Positions 13,480-26,405 of a stretch of DNA of 64,000 nt are shown here, piece by piece. The notes under the pieces were generated by a model. It saw only the letters and a program-made list of their open reading frames with translations, had not been told where the DNA came from and searched no databases. Source of the DNA: Hamiltosporidium tvaerminnensis FI-OER-3-3 (lineage: Eukaryota; Fungi; Microsporidia); contig CM061254.1 in NCBI GenBank assembly GCA_022605425.2, forward strand, positions 682,001 to 746,000, in the 5' to 3' direction. How positions within the stretch are numbered: the stretch's first letter is position 1; each line of letters opens with the position of its first letter. The translations under genes were made by a program, and so were the position numbers.

Positions 13480-15330
13480 GTCTGGATCTAACAAACAGCA
13501 AAGGAAGTCTTGAGTCATTTATATTGAAAGAATGAGATAGAGGATATAAATAGGGAAGCGTGGAATGAGTAAACGAAAAAAAATTATAAAGCAGAGAATT
13601 ATAAACACAAGCAAGGATCTAGCCAGACGTGGAACGTCTAGTCTAGGCTCTAAAAAAGAAATTCACAAGAAATGCTTATAAATATTTAAAATAGCGAAAT
13701 TGCAAAACAACAAAATGATTTGAAAATTTACGAACTGATATGAAATTATAAGCAGTGTAAAACCGAAATTTATGGTGGAAATAATACAATAGCATATTAA
13801 AGAAAATAATGGGTCTTGCATAGTCAGTTTGAGTTCCGTGAAAATTATCTAAATCTAGTTATTATAGATAAATATGCGAATTCAAAAAGAATGGCTTTCG
13901 AAAATCGAAATCAAAATTTTAAACTTGGAAATAATATTGCTTATGTTTCATTTGAGGAATTAGTGACAAAAGCTTCCATGAATCTAAAAAATAATTGAGG
14001 GCTTGGAAGACAGTATATTGAAGAGGTTTTTGTATATAAGGCGATTTCTTTACAGAAAACATTCCGAACCTAATCAAAAATAGAAAACAAAAAAATACGT
14101 ATACGGAACGATAGTTTGTTATTAGCCATAAAAAATATCAAAAATAAAAAACTTTAACATAGAGAGGAAACTCTTATAAATATGTACTCCTGGGTTCTTA
14201 TAGGGAAGATTGCAAACATATTTGAGAAATATGCATAAGGTGTTTCCCCGATACTCTCGATGTAGTTTAAGAAGCAGCAATTCAAAAAATTATTAAATTT
14301 TTGCAATACCATGACTATTAAAACATGCTAATGTAACAAATTAAAAATATCAACTTTTGTAGATTCTATAAGCGAACTATGCTATTGATAATAAATTCTC
14401 TATAATAAACTTTAAAATTGAGAATCGATATGAATATGATTTTTGGCTTGAATGACACAATTTTGGGGCAAAAAGAAGACTTTGTATTGGATAATATATC
14501 TCATAGTTTAAGATGTATAAAGCAAATTAGAAATTTTATATTTTTGTTTTCCAATTATTTTACCCGACATTGAAGTATTTGTTTTATAAGCTAAAAAAAC
14601 ACAAGAAACACAATATATAATAAAATGAGACAATGCGCAACATCTGCATTGAAAAATATGTGTTTTAAGGAAACTTGGAAATAAAAAAACCCACCTAAAA
14701 ATCTTAGCAGAAAATAAGCGAAGTTTAATAAAATATATAAACTTTCTATTTACACAGTAGTTCAAGAATTTTTGGAAATGATTTTACAAATTTTAATGTT
14801 TGAGTTTTTAGTGCCAAGAACATATCTTAGAAAATAACAAGAACGATTCTGAGATTATGGAAATTACATCGAAAAGAACAAACTATTTTGACAACAAGCC
14901 TCAAAAATTTAATCTGATACAAAGGAACATGTGATAAAAATGCTATAGAACCAGTATTAAATCATTTTCGATGGCCGCCTTTAAAACTGGATATATAACG
15001 AGCAAAGAAAGGGCTAGAATTGATAGATTTATGGAATAAAAACTAATTAGAAAGAATTCAGAACCTTGTTTAACATATACAAATGAAAAATTAGACGAAC
15101 GAACAAATCTAAAGTTGTTATCAAAAATCAAATATATTCACTGTAAGTAAATAAGAAAGGCTTAAATGGCTAACAGAAAGTAAAAACATTTCTGCAAAAA
15201 CCTGGAAATTTTAATTATAAAATTTAAGTTTGAAAGGTCAGAAGCCGCGGCAGGCCATGAAAAAGCTAACTAGATAACTATATGAATTCTGTGAAACTCA
15301 ATGAGCTATTATAAAGATTTTTACTGCATA
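13480..15330 (+). mobile_element. Heavily decayed APE-type non-LTR retrotransposon (RTE-like) reverse transcriptase relic
   Basis: RT motifs in the correct order despite frameshifts: SQFEFREN (QFGFR), AYVSFEELVTKA (YxxFxDxxKAFD), YA*GV at 14230-14244 (YADD-like), RSRGRP at 15240-15257 (RTE C-terminal RxRGRP). Confidence 0.55.
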
Positions 15331-18300
15331 ATAAAGAAAATAGTAAGGGATATTTAATAATCTTGAGCTATTCGAGTCTGTGAGCGCGGTTTTAATCGAT
15401 ATAATGCAAAATCCGATCTTTTCTGCACGAAAGATAAATAGTAAGTAAAATTTGTTTTTTTAAAAATTTTAATCCAATGCTTTGCTTACTTTCTATATTT
15501 TTAAAGCGATTCATGTAATTTATTCTGCAATTCAAAAAAAATTTCGATATAAAAAAGGACAGCTTCATCATCTAACATGTTTTACTTTTTCCCTAATCGA
15601 CTAAATAATCACTAAATATTGTATTTCCCTGATTTGTATAATTATGAAAGTCTATTTTTTATTATACTTTCTTTTGAATATTTGTGCTTTAGCTTTGTCA
15701 TGTTTCTCTTTTAATTACTTTTTTGCTAACCTGTATTTACCATAGGTTTTAATAACAAATCTTTCAAATATATCTTTCATTTTGTTTTTGAATTAACATT
15801 TCGATTTTTTATATTATTGGACATAAATTCTTTCCGTCGATTATAATTTTATAAAAATCTAAATCAATATAGAATTAAAAGCAAATAGAACGAATTTTTA
15901 AGCAACAAATTCTACCAAACTTATACTTAGCTTTGATTTCCAAAAATATTCTAATTATTTTTTTATTTTTATTTTTCAAAATAAAATTACAAAAAATTAC
16001 ACAAATAATTATATTGTGTTTCCCTTGTCTCTTTAGTAAGGAAATGCTTTGCGGTATACAATAATCCCAAGTCTATTATTTTTTGTACAAAAATCATTTT
16101 ATTTCTGACTATTTTTAAAAAACCCTATATAATTTTTAAAAGATTCCGAATAAATAGATATTGCATTTTTTTGAACAGGCACTTTTTTGATATTTATCAT
16201 TATCCTTAACAACATATCATACAATTCGAATCAAAATGATCCTGACTGCAAAGTCATTTTTTGTAATTTTTTTTTGTTTAAGTAATTTTTTTACATTTTT
16301 TTGATTTATATTGTTAAAAAAATTAGTTTATCATTCGAATCTCGATTTATCGATTAATAGAGGAAAATATAGATTATAAAATTAATTAAAATAAAAAATA
16401 TTTTTTAATCATATATTACGATAACATGATAAATTGAGATCAAACTTGATTTTTAGAAAAAAAAACTTAGAACGCAAATAATTTTGCTAATTTTATAAGT
16501 TACGACAAAAATATGTTTTTAATATATTATGTCTGTAGCGAATCATTTTAAATATTTGGTATCAGACAATTTGAATGAGAATATTACTCTTTAAATAATT
16601 TATCTATCAAAGTTTTAATTGATAAACTAAATAAACAATCAAATACAATGTTAAAGAAAAAATTCTAAAATTGTTCTTTATATTTAATATAATTTTGTTC
16701 ATATAGTGTGTCATTGAATTTTATATTCATATAAAGAAAACTTTTGCAATAGGTAGATTAACAAAACTTAAAGATTTAAATATAACCCCATAAATTTGTT
16801 CAAAAATATTTGATTATTGTAATTCGAATCTATCATAAAGTGCCTGTATTTTTGATTTCAACATTTTAGATTTAAAACGATATTAAAATGTTTTTTAATA
16901 CTCATAAAAGCGAAAATATTTCAAAATAGTATCAATTTTTTAAATATCTTCAAAAGTAGCAGTAAAAACAAACCTCTTTATTGATCGAATATTAATTTAA
17001 GAAATCAACTCATATATTATATTTATAATAAAGGATTGATTTCTTTATTTGCGCTTTAATTTTTTATTTTAATATAAAAATTTAGATTTAAATTATATTT
17101 TTTTTAGTTATCATTAAAAAAATATAAAACTATAAGAAATCCAAAGAATATTCCAAAAAAAATTTACATTAAATATCTATAATTAGATAGTTGGTTTTAA
17201 ATTTTTAATCAAATATAATTTGTTTTTTGGGTAAATTAGATTCTAATTTATAATTAACATTATCTAATGTTTATATTAGCAAATAGTATTTTTCTTACAT
17301 ACAATATCTAATTTGGTTTGTGTAAAAAAATATGAATCGAACTAAACTAAAAAAAAATAATTTTAAATTATAAACAAAAAAGGTATTTTATTTCTCGAGT
17401 TTTTGATATATTTTTCTTGCTTTTTTCTATTAAATCCTGAAGTTTATATAATTTTTTGTTTAATAATGTATCAAACGTAAATTCAGAGAAGAATCAATAA
17501 TTTGTTATATTTCTAGTCTTTAAACCAATCTAATAATTAGTGTTGTTTTAAATACAAAATTTATTAAAAATGTATATATATTCATAAAATTATCGTTTTG
17601 GTTTTACAATATTTTATGATAAAAATAATTTTTATGGACGATTTTACAAAATAAATCCATCATAAAAAATCATTTTTTTCTGATTAAATTTTTTGATTGT
17701 AGCTTATACATCATAAATGAATAGTATCTAAGCTGATTAACTAATATTTATTATATTCATAATCCAAAAATGTTTTATAGTAAATGAATCTAAAAAATAA
17801 TTCATATCTTAGAAAAAAAAGCTAAATCTTATAAGTTTATAATTTTATACAGATTTTAGTATATATCTTGCCCAAGTAATTAATCTACATAGGCGACAAC
17901 ATGAGTAAAAAAGTACCATTATGAATTGAATCATTTATATGATTTATTATAATAGATATTAACCGAATAATTACATATTCAGAGGAAATTCAAAGTTTTA
18001 ATTTTTGAAAAACAGTATGACGCAGCCATGTTTCCAGATATATTTTCTACTGACTTTTTTTACTTAAATTTTGTAATTGAAAAGTTAAGATATTTCTGAT
18101 TTTAGTATTTCGAGAAATAGAAGATGTTTTTTTATTTAATTTTTCAGAGTATTTTTAGAAAATACAACGCTAAATAAAATCGATAATATTATGTTTTGTG
18201 CTATTTTTCAGGTAACATAAAATTTTAAACTGAACGTACCGTTATAAAATATTTGTAAATTTTAAGAAGGGAAAATCTAAATTAAAAATAAAAAAATACA

Positions 18301-19500
18301 AGAAAAACATCTTTTAATGAAAAAATATTAATTTACTGCGTGATCTTGAAAATAAAGCGTTGATAAGTTAGAAATTTTTTTTAGCTTAAATATTTATTCA
18401 TATGAGGAAATAAATATTCTTAAATTTGAATTTGTAAAAGACTTAGTTTTTGACGAATGAAATCAAGAAAAATCTATTTTATTAGTTAATAATTTTTATA
18501 AGACCTAATTTTTAAAGCATGAATCATACGAATAAAAAAATATTGTTTTAATATCTGGCAAAAATATCGAGCTTCGGCGTAAAACCAAATAGAACGAGAT
18601 AATCAATATAAAACGAAATAGTTTAAATTAATTTCTGCTGTAAAATGAGATCTAATCTGCAAAGAATCTAAATATTATTTAAATACTTAAAAAAACTTAT
18701 TTTCGCTTGCAACAAATTTATATAGAAAAAGTCTAAGATATTAAAAAAACCAAGAATATTTTATAGTATAATTCATCTAGATTGTGTTAAAAGTTATACG
18801 GAAATCGAATATTTGCCATAGTATATTATAAAATTATTTACGCAAAAAACTTTAGTATAAATCCATACAGATATTATGAGCTTTTTTTAATACTCTTTTA
18901 TGTAAATCTTTTGGTTTTTGTTTTCATGTAAAGAGGAGGTCACCTGCTAGGCATTATGTAACTAAAATAATGGTATGTATAAATTATATTTTTCTAGTTC
19001 CCTTAATGATTATATTAACGATATTACTATTCTAAACATAGTTTAGCTTAAATTATCCTTCAAAACAGATTGAAATATGAAATGTAAAAATATATAATGA
19101 ACAGCTTGAAAAGAGATATTTTTGGAAAATAAATGTTTTTGATATCGCATAGTACTCTCGCTAATAGTATAGTATTTAAAACTTCGAAGCCGGATTCGCC
19201 AAAAATTTGTTATTAAAATTTCATAAAAAAGCTTATAAAAACTATAACGTTTCCTGATTTTATTCTAAGCCGAACAGACGACTGAAAAACTTTGTTTTGA
19301 GCAATTTAAAATTATTAACATCTTGTAGACAGCTTCGAATTATTTTGTTATTGCGCAAAGAATGTGACAAGAAAAATTTATCCGGAAAAAAATTCCATAT
19401 GGGATAAGGTCCTAGATTTTTATATTTATACGCTATATATAATTTTTTTCCGTTTAAATTATATTTTCTAAATATATATTCCTATGAAACAGATTCTTTA

Positions 19501-19903
19501 GTTTATATTTATTTTAAGTGTTTAACAAATTTTCTCACTTTTAAATATTTTTTTCCTCCATTTTAATCACTTCACTGCTTTCCTCTAAATCCGACTCTTC
19601 TTTTACATTAATTGTCGGTTCCTCGATTATGGTTGCACCATCTAAAATATGGGATGAAATATTTTATGCATTTAGTTCTTTAACACTATACTCCGCATTG
19701 TAAACATGCTTTAAGGGAGATTTTGGTGTTTGATGCAGCTCCGCTCTTTCGATAACACTTAATAATGCTTTCTCCCAGCTATTCTCGGCATTTTTTTCAG
19801 ACTCAAGTCCTCTTCATCGATCAAAAAAGATTGTTTCGACTGTCTTCTTAAGTACTATTGATTGAATTCATGTCATCGTATCCTTGGGTATTCGTGGTTT
19901 TTT
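19501..19903 (-). mobile_element. R4/Dong-like non-LTR element, 5'-truncated decayed 3' end
   Basis: Homologous to 39174-39556 (ATCCGACTCTTC; CTCAAGTCCTCTTCATCGATCAAA; TTGTTTCGACTG). TSD ACAGATTC(T/C)TTA at 19489-19500 and 19904-19915. Confidence 0.8.
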
Positions 19904-20306
19904 ACAGATTCCTTATAAGATTAATATTACAAAAGACTTTAATTCGAAAATCTCTAAGGAAATACTTGTAGCTTAAATCTTGAAAAATAGTATTTAATGC
20001 AAAACTATGTATATAGTTATCTGTATATAAACTCTTACTTGTTTATTATAGATCTCTTTAGACTTTTAGCTTAGAGGCTAAACTGATTATTTCGCTAGTC
20101 AAAGCCTTAACGCTTCATGTATCTATTCCTCTTTGACACAAGCCGGGTTTCTAATTTCGAAGCATTTCAACATCTACAGATTCTTATTTTTGCCAGTTAA
20201 ATATTTTACTTTTTAGGCTCAAAATTCATGGTGCAGATTCCACGCCAGGTTTTTTACTTGAGACAGTTATCAATTTTTCATTTGCTTCCTTTAATATGTT
20301 GTAAAT

Positions 20307-20540
20307 TTTTCCACCATGCCGGGTGCAGAATTGGCTTGCAGTATTCTCTGCTTGTTGTAAGAGGTGACTAAAGGGGACCGGTCTTCCATGTTGGATTTAG
20401 ACGTAAGGCTAACAACTCACCTTATAAACCATCTTGTTACGAAGCCCGAAAAAGTATACAAACCCACTAGAAAAATACAGGTAGGCGGTATTAATAAGGG
20501 AGGCTATGACTGCAAGGATGCATTACCGAAGATGAATGAT
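20307..20540 (+). mobile_element. Family B bipartite RTE-derived SINE (B2, diverged)
   Basis: CCACCATGCCGGGTGCAGAATTGGC...GATGAATGA. Exact TSD TATGTTGTAAAT at 20295-20306 and 20541-20552. Confidence 0.85.
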
Positions 20541-22499
20541 TATGTTGTAAATCGAGACTATTGGAAATTGAGCCATGGAACCGATGGTGTGTACACTCCA
20601 TCTAATATTCAATCAATTATTTTTACACCGAGTTCAAACGCTCATTCTCAGGCAGATAGATCTTACCGGGGTTATTCTTTTCCACTTTATAGATCCTCTA
20701 GATGGTTAATGACGCGAAATTGTTACAAAAAAAACCACCTTTTTGTGATTGCAAAAAATAGTGCTATATTAGTAGTAGTTTATACGCTTATTAATTTTTT
20801 TCTGAGTATAAAATAATCTTCCTATTTGTATTCTGTCTTTTTAATGTTTTTTTTAAATTTCTCGAAGCATATAATACTTGGCTTTCACATCAAATTTTAA
20901 CTTTTCATTTATTAAAATATTATTCTTAAAAATTGTGTTTTCTTAATATATATTCTCCAGCTTGCTCCCAACAAATCCGTCAGAAGATTCAAAACGAATC
21001 TTTTAAAATTTTATAGGTGTAAAGTTTGTTTTTTTTTAAAAAAAAAAAGAATACGAAGCTGATGGTATTGTATACAATTTAGTTTTCTTAAAATACCATA
21101 CCGACAAAAAAATATCGAAAGTATTCAATTCAATTTATATATTGTCTCTATTAAAGATTTGGGGTCTTTTTATTTTTAAAAAATGTTTATCGTGAATATA
21201 CGATTTAAGAAAACAATTCAATAGTTGTGATCTGTCTATTTGGCATTTATATATGACATATTATTATTTCGAGTGTATACTTTAATCTATAAACTATAAA
21301 AAAATCAGCTAAACATTGACCATATCTTGATTTTATACTAAATTTAATGCAAAAATGTTTATTAATATGCTTTTACGGCGAAATATTTATTATATTGATT
21401 GATTAAGAGCACTCCTATTTTTTTGCCGCTTACTATACTTATAAATGTCGAAAATAATCATTTTTTCAAAATTCATTTTTAGTTTAGAAATTGAATTTTT
21501 ATTTTGAAAGAGTTTTATCAATAAAAATATATAATGATTCTAGTGATTAGCACGATGGAATCGGAATAAAATTCAAAAAAAAGTTTCTTATCACACGATA
21601 AAGAAATTGAATAGTAAAATATATAATAAAATAAAATTCGATATAATTGCCATAAATCATCCAAGTCTACAAAATTATTTTTATAAAACGCCTTGCTGAA
21701 TATGGATACTATATCTTAAATCGAAATGGGGCTCTGGAGGAACCAATAAATTACATCATACCTAACACACTGTTTTTAGGTCCAAGAAAACCTTATTAGG
21801 TAATCCAACTTTGATACCAGTCTTTCCTGCTGTACTTATGCCTTGATGGGCTTCTAAAACAAAGCTAACTCGTTTTTTTTGCAGCTCACAGCTTTCCAAT
21901 CTCTTTAAAAGAACACAATTAAACAATCTATAATTATACTGTTGTATTTAGAACTTTTAAATCTAATGTTGTTTTAAAACATATGAAATGAACTAAAATA
22001 CCTCTTATATAAATAATGTAGTTTATATTGAAATATAAAAAATTTTAGCCTGTACATAAATATTTATAACTTCTAAGTACAAATAAATTAAATATTTAAT
22101 ATGAGTGATTTTTCTTTTCTCTTTTTGTTCGTTTTTCTATTATATATCTTCAATCCGTTTTTTGTAATTGCCAAGTTTTATACTTTGACTAAATCTTCTC
22201 ACTAAGTACATCAACACAATGGATTTATTATATATTTTTCCGCTTTATTCTTAGCGCATTATCATTATTTATATGTGTCTATAAGTATTTACGGGTTGTT
22301 CGTGTCTCTCGCCTTCATGTATTACTTTCTTTGATGCTATCTATTCGTTGTAGATTAAAAACTCAAATGTTGGCTAAATACTCAAAGAATTTAATGTTTT
22401 ATCGATTAAAATTCTTTATGAAAATATTTTTTGCTCGCTTTTATATATTCTATTACGCTAATTATCAATTTACTTTCTCCTTGAGTATGAAACTTCATT

Positions 22500-23650
22500 T
22501 CTAGTTATTTTCAGTACTTCGAAGTGCTACACCAACTTAAATATATGGTAAGATATTTTTGTACTTATCTATTTGATGCCATTAAATAACCAATAGCTTC
22601 TTTGTTATTTTTTACTGGTTTTTCGGCTATGCTGGCTTTTTCTGACGCGCAATGGAGCTATCTTCCATATCTCTCCGGTTGGGCACTTGGATCAAGTCTT
22701 TTTTGTTAATAAATTCAAATGTTTTTACTAACTTCATAAGATATATTGAACGATTCCATGTAAATGCTTTCATATTTATTTCGTGTCTTTTAGGATACAT
22801 GTTACGGTATTCTGCCACAAATCCGTCAAAAGTTTCACATACACAAATATATTAACACTACTCTTATATAAAAAATAATTAATTGAATGATAGCTAATAA
22901 TTCGCAATAGTTTAGTCTTTACTACTCGAACTTAATCTTAGTAAATGATTTCTACTTCGATAAGTTCAACCTTGCTTTTATTATTTAAAATATATATCGG
23001 GCCATTATTCAAATTCATTTACAGATTTTATCTGTTATTTACTTTTACTTTCCGGTACTCATTATCAAAGATTATTTTAAGCCAGTGACTTCGGATTCGT
23101 TTTGTAAATTTGCGTATCCATTTAGCAGACCGATTTATGCTTGGAAAAAACAGCATAATTCCATTTTATATAATAATATAATTGCATTTTCCTATAAGAT
23201 TTGTCTATATCCTCTAATTTTCAAGGTCGGATTGTGTATTTGTTTTGTCTTTCCGTTTTCAAAACACATTTCTATTCTAAATATCAGAATACTACTATAT
23301 TACGTAGCCCAATCAACTATTTCCTTTGCATTTTTTAAAAGTCGATAAATTCCAAAGGCTCGCTATCTCTTCTCTTATATAACATTGGTTGATGTTTCGT
23401 TTCTATATTGCTTTGTATAGACTTGGCTGTAGAGCTTCAACTACTTTATATGTATTGACTTCTTTTTTTTCCTTTATTGTACCCTTAAGAATATTTTTAT
23501 AAGTAAAAGATCGGTTTATTGTTTTTTTTTCACCTGAAGATGGCTTCTCTTCTGTTTAATGCATCTATATATTTTCCAAACAATCCAAGAGTGCCAAAGT
23601 ATATATTTATTTTACAACTTAAAACTATTTAGGCTTATTTAGTTTTTTTT
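22500..23650 (-). mobile_element. Decayed R4/Dong-like non-LTR element (RT thumb, RLE, C-terminus)
   Basis: Frameshifted translation gives LLDCLEK..NRREAIF, KRIRSH, NNGPDIYILNNKSKVELIEV (PD...E RLE motif) and DGFVAEYRNMYPKRHEI, which aligns with VTKYHKSQLKRLEI of the 49.6-kb copy. Confidence 0.65.
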
Positions 23651-24289
23651 CGTAAAAAATACAAACACCCTTTACATACTATGCGAATATGTACAATATT
23701 CTAGATATGCTCGCCGAAATGCAAAACTATATTAGAAAAGCTTCATTATAGGAGTATTACGTTTGCTAGGTTTGGTTAACAATTCTCATATTATTCAGTG
23801 CAGTAAACTATTTTTCGTATTTAAACTATAGCGGCAAAATTTTTTACCTAATGATTTTCGTTTTGAACTTACTTTTTTGAGAAACTTATTCAATTGCGTT
23901 CTCTTTTGCCAATTTATTTTCACACGCTTCGATATCATCTCGATCTGTGAAATTAGATCTGTCATTTTAGGCGTTTGATCGTACAAGCTTTTCTTTGTTC
24001 ATCTTCAATCTAATAACTCTTATAAATTCCCTCTTTTCGATCTAAATACTAACTTATGTTTTTGAACAAGAATAATAAAACAAGTGTTAATGGATTTTTG
24101 GAATAATAAATGGCATTTGTCTCATTTTTACATTTATGAGCATCCTATTTGATTTTTGGCTAAACTATTCAATATATAACAGAAAAAATAAAGATTAAAA
24201 CTAATGTGTTTCAGTAAATTTCCTCGATTCTGTTATTTATTCTTTTTAAGGTCCCGCTGACAAATAAGTTTTTATTTTTGATTAATGAC

Positions 24290-24532
24290 CTTATTAATTT
24301 CAAGGAAGGAGAAAGAATAACACATTAAAAACCATCTGGTTGACAAAGAGTTCATAGAATTGGTGTGAAAATCTTTATTTTCATTTGCGTAGGATATAAT
24401 GCACCCGGAATCTTTAGGTTCATTCCCTATATTTCTTAGTTACAACATATTAAAAGAAAAAAATTGGAAACATTCTTTCATTCATCCTCGATACCGAAAG
24501 GTAAAAGAGGACTGGAATAAGTATTTAAGTAA
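24290..24532 (+). mobile_element. Family C LINE-like 3' end (copy 1)
   Basis: Homologous to 53965-54214 (AAAACCATCT; AAATTGGAAAC; CATCCTCGA(T/C)ACCGA(A/G)AGGTAAAAGA; TGGAATAAGTA). Confidence 0.55.
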
Positions 24533-26405
24533 TTATTTTCAAGATTATTATAGATTTATTAGTTATAATTAAAAATTTAATCAAATGAACATGTTAAATC
24601 GAATTATGGCTTTTTGATGTTCTTCTAAATTATTTTAGATTGTATCTAGACTTTTGGATTAAAAAAGATGAACGCATGTTATTTCGTTCTCTGGTTCTGT
24701 CACGACATCTCAGATTATTATGCCAAGATTTCTTTCGGAATTCAAAAATCCTATCACTTACATCTTTTCATCTTCTACAGGGTTTATATTTAGGTAATTC
24801 GCCCGTAATCGGAGTATCTCTGTCAAGATATTTTAGATATTATTTATGTGAACTTACATTGACAAATTCCCTTAAAAGGTGTTTCGATTAAATATAACAC
24901 CATTGGGATATCGTAGAGATATTTAGGAAAAATAGTAAGAGTCTCTCGAAGAATTTTTAATAATCAATCATAGAGGATTTGTTTATGATCTACACTTATA
25001 TTAGAGAAAAGTTATGAAGTAAGGGAAACGTATTTAAATGTCTCTTCTTTGCATGTTGTATAAGATAAGTATTAAGAACTATATGATGAAATTTTTTCAC
25101 ATCATATATCAACAGCATAATATTCTAAAATGATCTTCTATATCTTCGAATTTAATTTTTGCATATATTCGCAATAATATTGATCTCGGAACAACATCGA
25201 AATACATTTTCTTTTTGAAAAGCATTTTACTTTTATCGTTGCAATTTCGATTTTGTATGCATAAAAGACCCGTTCTTTTTGCCAGAGCTTAATATAGATC
25301 GTTTATACTATTTAGGTTTTAATTAGATTCTTACATGATTTTCAAGAGGCTGAAATCTTTAAGATAAGAGTTTTTTGCCTAGATGCTTATTCAAGAAGAT
25401 CTTAACAAAGAAAATAGAAATTTGATATCCTATTTTTTCTCTTCGAAAATATCCGAGGTTTTTCTACCGTTTTATTCGTCTTAAGATACATTAGTTCGTA
25501 ATATAATGCATGCCGCTTTTTTTATCGTCATTTTATGATAGAATTCGGCGTAAAAATTGGCTATCTTGATAATGAAGTCTATATTCTCATTATGGATTTA
25601 TTTGCCAGAAATTTTCGATTCTAGATCTTATTATCTATTTTCTTCATTTTTTGTCTTTTGTTTTACACATGAATCTCTCTTTTGTATCAATATATATGTC
25701 TTATATATCAAAGAATATGGTTAAAAAGGCAAAAATTATTATTATTCGCTCTAGTTCACTTCATTTCATATTCTTCTTCTGCCTTAATATATGCTAATCT
25801 TTTGAACATCGATAAACATATAAAGAAATTTCGAATTATAATAGTACCGAGTTTTGAACAGAATTTTTCTAGATTGTCTCTCAGATATCTTCTGTCGTAC
25901 AGAAAACATATGTATAGGCTATTTCTGGTGTAGAACTGCGATTCAGGCCAGCATGAAACATAATCCTACTAGCCTGTTCTCTTCTTGAGTGGTGTGGGTT
26001 ATCATTTGTAATTATGTTTGCTAGTCTTTCACAAATAAATCATGCGAGACAGCAAAGGTATAGTTCAAGAGCAGGTTTTATCTAGTCTGGCAACTATTAA
26101 TTCGTGGTAAAGGGGTGTTGTAATGTATGTTTGGTTGTAGTTTGATCTCCTGCATGTTACTAGAGCATTTTAACAGACTATTTTGTCTTTTAAACTATTT
26201 TCAGTATATTCTTACTGCTTTTATTGTTTCATTTCAGTATTTTCACTCTCAACTATTTTCTTTGTAATTCTAAGAAAATATTTTGCCTTTGGTAATAAGT
26301 GAATTAATAGTAATAAATTATTATGTGTTTGAAAAATTGAATACTGATATTATTAAACTTTATTCCATGATAAAAAAGATCTTACTATGATATTATTATT
26401 TGTCT

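Noticed and set aside
20364-20816. 150-aa ORF
   Set aside because: Begins with GTG inside SINE B2 and runs through the TSD into unrelated flank; not open in other B copies.
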